From IMG/VR virus record IMGVR_UViG_3300032312_001042, positions 1 to 53,112 of that record: 53,112 bases of DNA; one strand, given 5' to 3'. Made by a program: the position numbers and the translations under genes. This document shows positions 17,159-25,230 of the stretch, piece after piece. The stretch is from a virus. Its lineage: Duplodnaviria; Caudoviricetes. Below the pieces are notes generated by a model. The model saw nothing but the letters and a program-made list of their open reading frames with translations, ran no database searches and was not told the origin of the DNA. Positions within the stretch are counted from its first letter, which is position 1. The number at the start of each line of letters is the position of its first letter.

Positions 17159-17567
17159 ATTTTTAGTTCTAGCCAAACTAATAGGATCATGGTCAAAAGA
17201 CCCGTCCACTCAAGTTGGGGCTGTTATTGTTGATGAGAATAATCGTATTGTATCTGTGGGATACAACGGATTCCCTCAAAATATAAAAGATGATGATAGA
17301 CTTTATGATAGAGAAACAAAATACAAAATTGTTGTTCACGGAGAAATTAACGCTATATTATTTGCTAACAGATCAATAACTGGATGTACATTATATACAT
17401 TTCCATTTGAACCGTGTCCAAGGTGTGCTGGGTTAATAATTCAGTCTGGTATTAAGAGAGTAGTTTCTTTGGTAAATAATATTGATAGGTGGGAAGAAGA
17501 CTTTAAGGTAACGAGGCAACTTTTTAAAGAAGCAAACATTGCAATGGACTACTACGATGGAGTATAA
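17133..17567 (+). CDS. dCMP deaminase (ComEB-like)
   Basis: SKDPSTQVGAVIV, GYNG, HGEINA, PCPRC. Confidence 0.92.
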   Translation: MSIQNWDHRFLVLAKLIGSWSKDPSTQVGAVIVDENNRIVSVGYNGFPQNIKDDDRLYDRETKYKIVVHGEINAILFANRSITGCTLYTFPFEPCPRCAGLIIQSGIKRVVSLVNNIDRWEEDFKVTRQLFKEANIAMDYYDGV

Positions 17568-17760
17568 TAAAGAGGAAAAACTTGAGTCTATACGCAGATT
17601 GGTTAATGATTGCTATATTAGTAATAATGGTAATATTCTAGCAGAATTAATATTTAAACTAGAAAAAGACTATGTAGAATTAGCAGAACTATCGACCGAT
17701 GGAGCGTATAATAGAAACTGGACGCATGAAGAAGTATTAGACTATTTAACATATTCATAA
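17557..17760 (+). CDS. Hypothetical protein
   Basis: ORF overlapping the deaminase stop. Confidence 0.6.
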   Translation: MEYNKEEKLESIRRLVNDCYISNNGNILAELIFKLEKDYVELAELSTDGAYNRNWTHEEVLDYLTYS

Positions 17761-17769
17761 GGAAATAAA

Positions 17770-17946
17770 ATGTCAATATTAGCTATGGCAGAAGCGCATG
17801 TAGAAAATGTAAAACAAAAAATCATTGAGCTACAGGCACAAAAAAATATGATAGATACAGAAATTGTAAAACTTAGTAATTATTTGAAAGATTGTCACAC
17901 AGAACTTTCTAAAGAAGTTACTAGAGATAATGTAGTAAGTGAGTAA
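17770..17946 (+). CDS. Small coiled-coil protein (58 aa, not in ORF track)
   Basis: AAGGA RBS; MSILAMAEAH...VVSE*. Confidence 0.65.
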   Translation: MSILAMAEAHVENVKQKIIELQAQKNMIDTEIVKLSNYLKDCHTELSKEVTRDNVVSE

Positions 17947-17971
17947 ATTTTTAAAGCAAAAGGAGATAAAT

Positions 17972-18289
17972 ATGAATATATCAGATTTTCTAGATCGACT
18001 ATACAACATTTCTGGATCGTATAGATGGTCAATTGATAATAAGAAGGTTTCAGCTGAGATTCAGAGCGGCCCTCTACGTGGCTTTACATTAAATCCAATT
18101 ACTGCACTTGCTCATAAGTCTGGTCTTGGATTGTTTAGCAACACAAGAGAAGGCACTGAATTTGCAGCTAGTCTTCTAGGTCTATCACGTAGTGAGGCAC
18201 GATCTATATATAGTGCTATTCTTGGTAGTTTTAATCACGGTAATACTCAGGTAGTTAGAGGTCGTATTCGCTCTACACTGGAGGTATAA
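17972..18289 (+). CDS. Hypothetical protein
   Basis: AAGGAG RBS before ATG 17972. Confidence 0.7.
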   Translation: MNISDFLDRLYNISGSYRWSIDNKKVSAEIQSGPLRGFTLNPITALAHKSGLGLFSNTREGTEFAASLLGLSRSEARSIYSAILGSFNHGNTQVVRGRIRSTLEV

Positions 18290-18636
18290 TGAATATTAAC
18301 ACTTGGCTTGGTTGTGGAAGATTAACTAAGGATGCTGACTTTAATGTAACCCAAAAGGGTACATCTATGGCAAAGTTTAGAATGGCTGTTAATGATCGTA
18401 GAAACGATGAAACTCTTTATCTAAATGTGCTATGCTTTGGTAAGATGGCTGAATCTTTAAAGACTCATCTAACAAAGGGTAGATTAGTTGGTGTTCAGGG
18501 TAAGATCAAGGTTGAGGATTATCAAGATAAAAATGGTAATCCTAGAAATTCAGTTTGCGTAATGGCAGATGATATTTCTCTTGGGCCAGCAAGCACAACA
18601 ACTGCTAACAATGAAGAGAATGTCACAGAAGAGTGA
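18289..18636 (+). CDS. ssb: Single-stranded DNA-binding protein
   Basis: GRLTKD, FRMAVN, FGKMAE, LTKGRLVGVQG; acidic tail. Confidence 0.93.
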   Translation: MNINTWLGCGRLTKDADFNVTQKGTSMAKFRMAVNDRRNDETLYLNVLCFGKMAESLKTHLTKGRLVGVQGKIKVEDYQDKNGNPRNSVCVMADDISLGPASTTTANNEENVTEE

Positions 18637-18656
18637 TATTTTTATTTTAACAATTC

Positions 18657-18697
18657 AGTCCATCTCTATCAATTGGTAGGGATGGATTGTTTTGTTT
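18657..18697 (+). terminator. Rho-independent terminator
   Basis: CAGTCCATCTCTATC-aatt-GGTAGGGATGGATTG then T-rich run. Confidence 0.7.
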
Positions 18698-18708
18698 AAA
18701 GACGATGC

Positions 18709-18736
18709 TTGACAAATGACGATAATCTGGTATAAT
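18709..18736 (+). promoter_or_regulatory. Sigma70-type promoter with GACGAT spacer motif
   Basis: TTGACA-aatGACGATa...-TATAAT (16 nt spacer, TG extension). Confidence 0.8.
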
Positions 18737-18755
18737 GCAAGCAAGGAGACTCTTT

Positions 18756-19214
18756 ATGAATCAACAGCCATTTGAGGGATTGACTCAAATCCTAGCTTCT
18801 GTTTTTATTTTATACACACTGTACAACTTTGTTAAATACAGTCAGAACCCAAACGCAAAAGGCTTTAGTGATATATATGAGTTGGGATATGTATATGAAA
18901 AAACTCCAACAAGCGCTGTTGCAATTAATGCTACTGTAAGTTTGCCAAAGATCAAAAAAGCACAGCCACAGAAGCAAACGAGAAAGCCAGATGTAATAAA
19001 GCCCACTCACGAAAAGAAAGAAAAGACAACGGAGGTAGTTAAAAAAACTCCAAAGCGTTATAATCAACTTCAACAAGATTGTTATGACGCTCTAATCTCT
19101 CTTGGTATGAAAAAGAAGGAAGCGACGTTTGTTGTGAATTCTACATTTAATAAGACTGATGTTTCGACCGTACAAGATTTTCTAAAAATTGCACTAATAA
19201 GACCTAACAAATGA
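18756..19214 (+). CDS. Membrane-anchored protein with RuvA domain III-like C-terminus
   Basis: N-terminal TM; Lys/Pro/Thr linker; DCYDALISLGMKKKEA...VQDFLKIAL; AAGGAG RBS. Confidence 0.6.
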   Translation: MNQQPFEGLTQILASVFILYTLYNFVKYSQNPNAKGFSDIYELGYVYEKTPTSAVAINATVSLPKIKKAQPQKQTRKPDVIKPTHEKKEKTTEVVKKTPKRYNQLQQDCYDALISLGMKKKEATFVVNSTFNKTDVSTVQDFLKIALIRPNK

Positions 19215-19621
19215 ATATACTTGAACAATCTTACAATATTTCATTAGGGTTACTTCCAAAAGCCAAACAAGCAAGAAATACTAAGAATAAATTTTTCCAT
19301 TTTGCTTTTGCTTATAAAAAGAACAAATTGTTGGCAATAGGACAAAACAATCCTGAAAAAACTCATACTCAAGCATTGATGCTCTCTAAAAGGTTTTTAA
19401 ATGAGGAAACTGATTATCCCTACCTACACGCAGAAACAGATGTTATATCGAAACTGTGGGGAAAATATTATATAGATAACGCAGTTAAATTAGTGATAGT
19501 TAGACTTAATAAGCGTGGAGCATTAAGATGTAGCAAACCATGTGAAAGATGCGACGAAATTATTAAATCTTTAGGTATAAATAAATTATGGTGGAGTATA
19601 GATAATGGATTTGACAAATAA
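19211..19621 (+). CDS. Zn-dependent cytidine/deoxycytidylate deaminase-fold protein
   Basis: HFAF, GQN, HAE, SKPCERC. Confidence 0.8.
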   Translation: MNILEQSYNISLGLLPKAKQARNTKNKFFHFAFAYKKNKLLAIGQNNPEKTHTQALMLSKRFLNEETDYPYLHAETDVISKLWGKYYIDNAVKLVIVRLNKRGALRCSKPCERCDEIIKSLGINKLWWSIDNGFDK

Positions 19622-20162
19622 TCTACAAGGCATGAGAACATATCTTGTTGGTGCTATGGATAGAGTACCAGACGGCGGTATACAGTGGAGAGATAAGATA
19701 ACTCCACTTCTTGAACAAATGAATGTAAATGTCATTAACCCTTGCAATAAACCAATATATTCAGTTACAGAAGACGAAGAAACTCGCAGTAGTATTGATA
19801 AACTTAAAAATTTAGAACAATATGACACAATAAGGCAAATGTATGGAAATATCAGAAATGCAGATTTAAGATGTGTAGACATATCAGATTTTATAGTTTG
19901 TCACATAGATATATCTATTCATGCTTGTGGAACATATGAAGAAATTGTTACTGCTAATAGGCAAAAAAAACCTGTTTTAATATGGTGCGAACAAGGCAAA
20001 AGATATGCTCCAAATTGGTTGTTTTTTATGTTACCTCACGAACATATTTTTAACACTATGGAAGAGTTAGTGGATTATCTAAAACATATAGACACATTAA
20101 AAAATACTGAAAATCTTAGTAGGTGGTTCTTTTTCAAACAACACATCGTAGGAAGATTATGA
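19605..20162 (+). CDS. Nucleoside 2-deoxyribosyltransferase-like protein
   Basis: YLVGAM, WR, INP, DLRCVDISD, GTYEE, KPV. Confidence 0.75.
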   Translation: MDLTNNLQGMRTYLVGAMDRVPDGGIQWRDKITPLLEQMNVNVINPCNKPIYSVTEDEETRSSIDKLKNLEQYDTIRQMYGNIRNADLRCVDISDFIVCHIDISIHACGTYEEIVTANRQKKPVLIWCEQGKRYAPNWLFFMLPHEHIFNTMEELVDYLKHIDTLKNTENLSRWFFFKQHIVGRL

Positions 20163-21220
20163 ATATAAATATCATTGGACCAATAAATCAATTAGGCTAC
20201 GGTATTACATCTCTCAATATCACAAAAGCTCTACATAAAAATAATAAAGTTTCTCTATTTGTTATAGGTCAACCTCAAGTAACTAATCAAGAGGATGCTG
20301 ATATAGTATCTGAGTGCATAAAAAATAGTAAGTTTTTTGACTACGATGCTCCATGTGTTAGAATATGGCATCAAAATGATATGTCTCAATTTGTTGGTCG
20401 CGGCAACCATATAGGATTTCCAATATTTGAGCTTGATACTCTAGATGATTTGGAAAGACACCACCTTTCATATCCAAAAAAAATATTTGTGTGTTCGCAA
20501 TGGGCGAAAGAAGTCTTAGTTAATAACAATATTAACCAAGAGATACACGTTGTGCCTCTTGGAGTAGATCAAAATATTTTCAAGCCATGTTTACCTAATC
20601 TTAATCCAAAGACTGTGTTTTTTAATTGCGGCAAGTGGGAAATAAGAAAGGGTCATGACATATTACCAATAATTTTTAATAAAGCGTTTGAAGAAAGTGA
20701 TAATGTTGAACTATGGATGATGAATAGCAACCCATTCTTATCAGAGCAAGAAACCAAAGAGTGGCAAAGAAAATATATCAATACTAAATTAGGCAATAAG
20801 ATAAGATTTATACCTAAAAAGAACACGCAGGAAGAAGTGTATAATATCATATCTCAAATTGATTGTGGTATTTTCCCATCCAGAGCAGAGGGTTGGAATT
20901 TAGAAGTTCTTGAAGTCATGGCTTGTGGGAAACATGTGATAACCACAAATTATTCAGCACATACAGAATTCTGCAATCATCTTAATAGCTTATTAATTAA
21001 TGTAACATCGCTAGAAAAAGCTTTTGATAATAAATGGTTTTTTAATCAAGGAAATTGGGCGCATATGGGCGATGAGCAAGTAGAACAATGCTTACATCAC
21101 ATGAGACATATTCATAATCAAAAACAAAATGGTTCATTAGGTGTAAATATTAATGGAGTAGATACGTCTAATAAATTCACTTGGGATAAATCAGCAGAAA
21201 AGATACAAGAATATGTTTAA
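20159..21220 (+). CDS. GT-B (GT4-like) glycosyltransferase
   Basis: LGYG, PLGVD, GKWEIRKG, FPSRAEGWNLEVLEVMACG (EX7E), FTW. Confidence 0.9.
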   Translation: MNINIIGPINQLGYGITSLNITKALHKNNKVSLFVIGQPQVTNQEDADIVSECIKNSKFFDYDAPCVRIWHQNDMSQFVGRGNHIGFPIFELDTLDDLERHHLSYPKKIFVCSQWAKEVLVNNNINQEIHVVPLGVDQNIFKPCLPNLNPKTVFFNCGKWEIRKGHDILPIIFNKAFEESDNVELWMMNSNPFLSEQETKEWQRKYINTKLGNKIRFIPKKNTQEEVYNIISQIDCGIFPSRAEGWNLEVLEVMACGKHVITTNYSAHTEFCNHLNSLLINVTSLEKAFDNKWFFNQGNWAHMGDEQVEQCLHHMRHIHNQKQNGSLGVNINGVDTSNKFTWDKSAEKIQEYV

Positions 21221-21596
21221 AAATTTTCTAGACAGTTGGTTTAAAAAATCTGAGCAAGAAAAATTAGATCAAGTTGCAGATCAGAAAAGTGGTGTTGTCG
21301 CAATAACTTTTTATACGGACAAAAACGCAATACCTTTTATTGATATAATTTTAGAAGAATATGATGATGCCACACTAACCGCTCTTTGCAAATTGTTGGA
21401 CGTTTTAAATGGAGAAAATTGTTACTTACAAGTAATAGACATCATTAAAAATGCCATGTTGAAAGATGGCGAAGAGGAAAAATTAATACAAATCTTAAAT
21501 CACATTAGTCAACAAAAAAAATCACAATTAGAAAGGTACGCAAAGGACAAATTAAAGGACGAACCTTGCATAAAACCTTCAGATATGATTAAATAA
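21213..21596 (+). CDS. Hypothetical protein
   Basis: 127 aa ORF in operon. Confidence 0.7.
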   Translation: MFKNFLDSWFKKSEQEKLDQVADQKSGVVAITFYTDKNAIPFIDIILEEYDDATLTALCKLLDVLNGENCYLQVIDIIKNAMLKDGEEEKLIQILNHISQQKKSQLERYAKDKLKDEPCIKPSDMIK

Positions 21597-21606
21597 AGGA
21601 GTCCTT

Positions 21607-22020
21607 ATGAAAAAAGCAATCGGCTGGCAAAAATATGAAGATCATTTAGACAAACAAGTATCTTCTCCATTCTTGCAAAACATTATGATGAAAATAATGT
21701 CTAACAGACTAGTAGATGAGGAAGAAAGCGAAGAAGAGGAAGAAGAAGATGGCGATATAATAAATGATTCACATCAAAATATTATGATGCCAATATCTCC
21801 ACAGCTATTAAATGATATCCAAGTAATAAGCACTTTTGATTGCTGGATTGGTCACACAAATTTTGATATTACCAACTTAATAAAGGATAAGCTTAATAAA
21901 GTAGATGGCATTGAGTTACTTAAAATATATAGTAGATATAGATTTTTGATAGGCGTAGGCCACATGTTCAACTTCAAAGAAGTAAGAAAAAGTATTGAGA
22001 AAACACTATTAGAGGAATAA
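21607..22020 (+). CDS. Conserved phage hypothetical protein
   Basis: AAGGAG RBS; WIGHTNFDIT, GIE, SRYRFLIGVG; acidic tract. Confidence 0.75.
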   Translation: MKKAIGWQKYEDHLDKQVSSPFLQNIMMKIMSNRLVDEEESEEEEEEDGDIINDSHQNIMMPISPQLLNDIQVISTFDCWIGHTNFDITNLIKDKLNKVDGIELLKIYSRYRFLIGVGHMFNFKEVRKSIEKTLLEE

Positions 22021-22022
22021 AT

Positions 22023-22496
22023 ATGAAAAACATTGTTGCAAATATAGATTTTGAAAAGGCGATTAAAAATAAAGACTATGTTAAGATCATGAATAAGGCG
22101 TCTCAGAGATTTAGAAACCAATTAGATGCAGATATTATTAATTCATGCCAACTTACAGCATTATGGAAAGCTTTACAAGCATTCGATAGCTCAAAGAATG
22201 TCAAGTTTACCACTTTCTTATATAAAGGAGTCTTTATAGAGTGCATGAAGGAAATAAAGATATACAATAAGGGTAAGCGGTGTGCTGGTAAATTACACGA
22301 TAATATACCTCAGAGTTTCTATAATCAAGAAATATTAGAATTAAAGGATGAGTTAGGTAGTGAGGAAGATTACCAATTATTAGTAGATAGATTTATTTCA
22401 AGAATGACTATTAACGAAATAGCGATATCTAAAAAAACTAATAGGGAGAAGATAAGAAAAAGGATAAATAGGATAGTAGAAAAATTGGTACAATAG
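22023..22496 (+). CDS. Small sigma70-family sigma factor
   Basis: Region-2-like ALWKALQAFDSSKNVKFTTFLY; region-4-like MTINEIA...REKIR. Confidence 0.7.
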   Translation: MKNIVANIDFEKAIKNKDYVKIMNKASQRFRNQLDADIINSCQLTALWKALQAFDSSKNVKFTTFLYKGVFIECMKEIKIYNKGKRCAGKLHDNIPQSFYNQEILELKDELGSEEDYQLLVDRFISRMTINEIAISKKTNREKIRKRINRIVEKLVQ

Positions 22497-22507
22497 GTGT
22501 ATTAATA
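22497..22507 (+). promoter_or_regulatory. GTGTATWWW motif (putative late promoter)
   Basis: GTGTATTAATA opens the putative structural/lysis block. Confidence 0.5.
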
Positions 22508-22573
22508 AACTAGGAGTCTGGACTTTGCAAGGAAAATAGGAATATTTTATATTTGAACTATGGAGAAAATATT

Positions 22574-23215
22574 ATGGCTACAACAAAAGCAAAGTCTGCA
22601 AACGCAGTTAAAAACAATGGCGGTACGGTTGTAAATGGTGGAACAGTAGAGGCTGGCACACCAATTACAAACAATGTAAACCTAAATGAACTTACTCAGT
22701 CAAATGATTATGGCTCAAAAGTAGTGCAAAATAGCGCAGTAAGTGACGGATTTTCAGATCCAGATGGCGTAACAAAGGCAAAAAGCAGTGGAACTTTTGC
22801 TTACTTTCCAAACGCAAGAACTGGCGAAAGAAATTTCCTATTGAAGACTGCTGGTGAAGCATCTTCAAAGATAAATAATGTAGCAACTGATCTATTAAAT
22901 ATTCCCGGCTCACAATACGCAGGAGTAAGCCGCGACAGTATTCATAAGACTGTTAGTACAAGAAGAATTGGCGAATACGCAAGTACTAAGTTTGATCTTT
23001 TAGCTCCACCCTCAAGCGGAGTTGTCCCAGGAAGAACACGCGGAGCAAACTCTGGCGCTAATTCAAACTTTGTTCAGAAGAATGGTTCTACAGCAGCAGT
23101 AGACGATGCTGCAAGTCCAACAAGGGCTGTTCCCGGCGAACTTACTTACCATTTTGGCGGTTTAGCTAAACCATTTAGCACAACCTACAAGGCTAGTGAT
23201 TCATACGAATCCTAA
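22574..23215 (+). CDS. Putative virion structural protein
   Basis: Ala/Gly/Ser/Thr-rich; PTRAVPGELTY; GGAG RBS; own terminator. Confidence 0.55.
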   Translation: MATTKAKSANAVKNNGGTVVNGGTVEAGTPITNNVNLNELTQSNDYGSKVVQNSAVSDGFSDPDGVTKAKSSGTFAYFPNARTGERNFLLKTAGEASSKINNVATDLLNIPGSQYAGVSRDSIHKTVSTRRIGEYASTKFDLLAPPSSGVVPGRTRGANSGANSNFVQKNGSTAAVDDAASPTRAVPGELTYHFGGLAKPFSTTYKASDSYES

Positions 23216-23228
23216 TTTTATTATAGAT

Positions 23229-23252
23229 TCTAGCCCCCTTCGGGGGGCTAGA
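23229..23252 (+). terminator. GC-rich hairpin with UUCG tetraloop
   Basis: TCTAGCCCCC-TTCG-GGGGGCTAGA, perfect 10 bp. Confidence 0.85.
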
Positions 23253-23270
23253 CATTTGTAGGAGTATTAT

Positions 23271-23852
23271 ATGCTTAATTTAAATCCAGAATATATAACT
23301 ATTTTTTTGACCATTGTTGGCGGTTCATGCACTTTTGGTAGTCTAGTATGGATAAAATTTCTAAAGCCAGTACTAAAACTAGTTAAAAATCAAGATTTTT
23401 TTACAGAATCAGTAAAAGAATTGCGCAAAGAATTAATGACAAATGGCGGAAACAGCTTAAAAGATTCTATAATAGAGCTTAAAAAAATATGCACTATAAT
23501 AGATAAAAGACAAAGAGTTATAGAGCAAAGAACAAGAGCATCGATGCACTATAATGAGATAGCATTGTTTGAAACAGATCATGATGGAAGATTAGTATGG
23601 AATAATATTCATCTTCACAAGTTTATAGACGAAAGTAATCTATTCCTAGAAGGATACGATTGGATAAATATAGTTAATGAAGAAGAAAGAAGTGATGTAT
23701 TAAGTGAATTTAAATCTTGTATAGAAATGAATAGAAGATTTAATAAAGTAACACATAACTCCGATGGCAAGCCGCTAAGATTAATTGGTTATCCATATAA
23801 AATTAGCGATGAAGAGCATGGGGGATTTTTAGTCAGCGTATCCGAAACATAA
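23271..23852 (+). CDS. Membrane protein with coiled coil and C-terminal PAS domain
   Basis: TM about aa 9-31; NGGNSLKD; LFETDHDGRLVWNN...LEGYDWINIVNEEERSDVLSEF; AGGAG RBS. Confidence 0.75.
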   Translation: MLNLNPEYITIFLTIVGGSCTFGSLVWIKFLKPVLKLVKNQDFFTESVKELRKELMTNGGNSLKDSIIELKKICTIIDKRQRVIEQRTRASMHYNEIALFETDHDGRLVWNNIHLHKFIDESNLFLEGYDWINIVNEEERSDVLSEFKSCIEMNRRFNKVTHNSDGKPLRLIGYPYKISDEEHGGFLVSVSET

Positions 23853-23863
23853 GAGGTATTAAA

Positions 23864-24070
23864 ATGGAACAATCATCAAGATTTTCTTTAAATGTAAACG
23901 ATTTAGTCAATCTAGGAAAAAACGCATTACTAGTTGGTGCTGGATCACTTTTAACATATGTATTAGAAAATATCAACACTATAGATTGGGGTTCAACTGG
24001 AGTATTACTCGTTCCATTTGTAACACTAGTTCTAGACAGTGTTGTTAAGTGGTTGAAAGGCCCAAGATGA
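23864..24070 (+). CDS. Holin-like small two-TM protein
   Basis: 68 aa, two hydrophobic segments, basic C-terminus; ATGA-coupled to peptidase. Confidence 0.55.
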   Translation: MEQSSRFSLNVNDLVNLGKNALLVGAGSLLTYVLENINTIDWGSTGVLLVPFVTLVLDSVVKWLKGPR

Positions 24071-24993
24071 CTGTAGAATTTAATAAACCTATTGATCTTC
24101 TAAAAGCTTATCGTGAAGGTTTTATGGGATCGTGGTGCGATCCTAAAGACACTGATAAGTTATTAGGAGAGCTTCCACATCCACTGTTTGGTGCCGCTGC
24201 ACACGACCTGTATGGAAGTGGAAAGGGTAAACTAGCACTACCATTTAAAAACGTGTTAACATTTGATCCTAACTTTGGACCATCTGAAAAACAGGTTCAG
24301 GGCGACTGTGTTAGTCATGCAACACGAAACGCTGTAGATGTCACACGTTCGTGTGAAATTATTGGTGGTGAAAGAGAAGAATTTGTTGCTAGGGGAGCCG
24401 TAGAAGCTATTTATGGCTCTAGAGGTCATGGTGGCGAAGGTATGTCATGCTCAGTAGCAGCAAGGTTTGTAAATAAAGTGGGTGGTTTATTAATTCGAAA
24501 ACAGTATGGTGATATAGACTTATCCACTTATTCTGGCGTGGGTGGCAAGTGGGGAAGAAGTGGTGTTCCAGAATCATTACTAAAAGAAGCAAAGAAAAAT
24601 CCAGTAAAAACTATATCATTAATTAACACAATAGAACAGGCAAGAGATGCTATTGCTAATGGTTATGGTATTAGTGTGTGTTCTATGTCTGGATTTTCTA
24701 GTAGACGCGATAAAAATGGTATAGCGTCTAGAAGTGGCTCTTGGGCGCACGCGATGGCTTGGGTTGGTATGGACGATACTCATGAAATATATAACGAAAC
24801 ATTATTTTTGGTACAAAATAGCTGGGGTATCTGGAATAATGGCCCAAAACGTCATGACCAACCAGAAGGTAGTTTTTGGATTAGGGAAAAAGATGCAGCG
24901 GAAATGCTTTCTGGAAATGGATCTTGGGTATTTAGTGATGTAGATGGATTCCCACCAAGAAAAGTAAACTGGACAATAAATACAGTCTTTTAA
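24067..24993 (+). CDS. Papain-like (C1) cysteine peptidase
   Basis: QVQGDCVSH, WAHAM, QNSWG. Confidence 0.88.
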   Translation: MTVEFNKPIDLLKAYREGFMGSWCDPKDTDKLLGELPHPLFGAAAHDLYGSGKGKLALPFKNVLTFDPNFGPSEKQVQGDCVSHATRNAVDVTRSCEIIGGEREEFVARGAVEAIYGSRGHGGEGMSCSVAARFVNKVGGLLIRKQYGDIDLSTYSGVGGKWGRSGVPESLLKEAKKNPVKTISLINTIEQARDAIANGYGISVCSMSGFSSRRDKNGIASRSGSWAHAMAWVGMDDTHEIYNETLFLVQNSWGIWNNGPKRHDQPEGSFWIREKDAAEMLSGNGSWVFSDVDGFPPRKVNWTINTVF

Positions 24994-25005
24994 GAAAGGT
25001 ATCAC

Positions 25006-25227
25006 ATGGCAGTAACAACAACAGACGTTTGTACTAATGCTGTTTCTGGCGTAGAAACACAAAGAAATGGAACAGTAATAGTTTCATGTTCTAACACGGG
25101 AACTTATAAAACAATTACTTCTATCGATACTAGTATCAGTTATAATAATCTAGAAAACAAGCTTACAAATAGATTTGACGATGTTACATATTATACCATT
25201 GGTAATGCCACAATAGTGGGAGCTTAA
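25006..25227 (+). CDS. Hypothetical (probable virion) protein
   Basis: AAGG RBS; Thr-rich. Confidence 0.6.
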   Translation: MAVTTTDVCTNAVSGVETQRNGTVIVSCSNTGTYKTITSIDTSISYNNLENKLTNRFDDVTYYTIGNATIVGA

Positions 25228-25230
25228 TAA

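Noticed and set aside
24734-24943. Nested + strand ORFs (also 33073-33306)
   Set aside because: Out-of-frame within solid genes with no RBS; hydrophobicity is attributable to AT-rich shadow frames.
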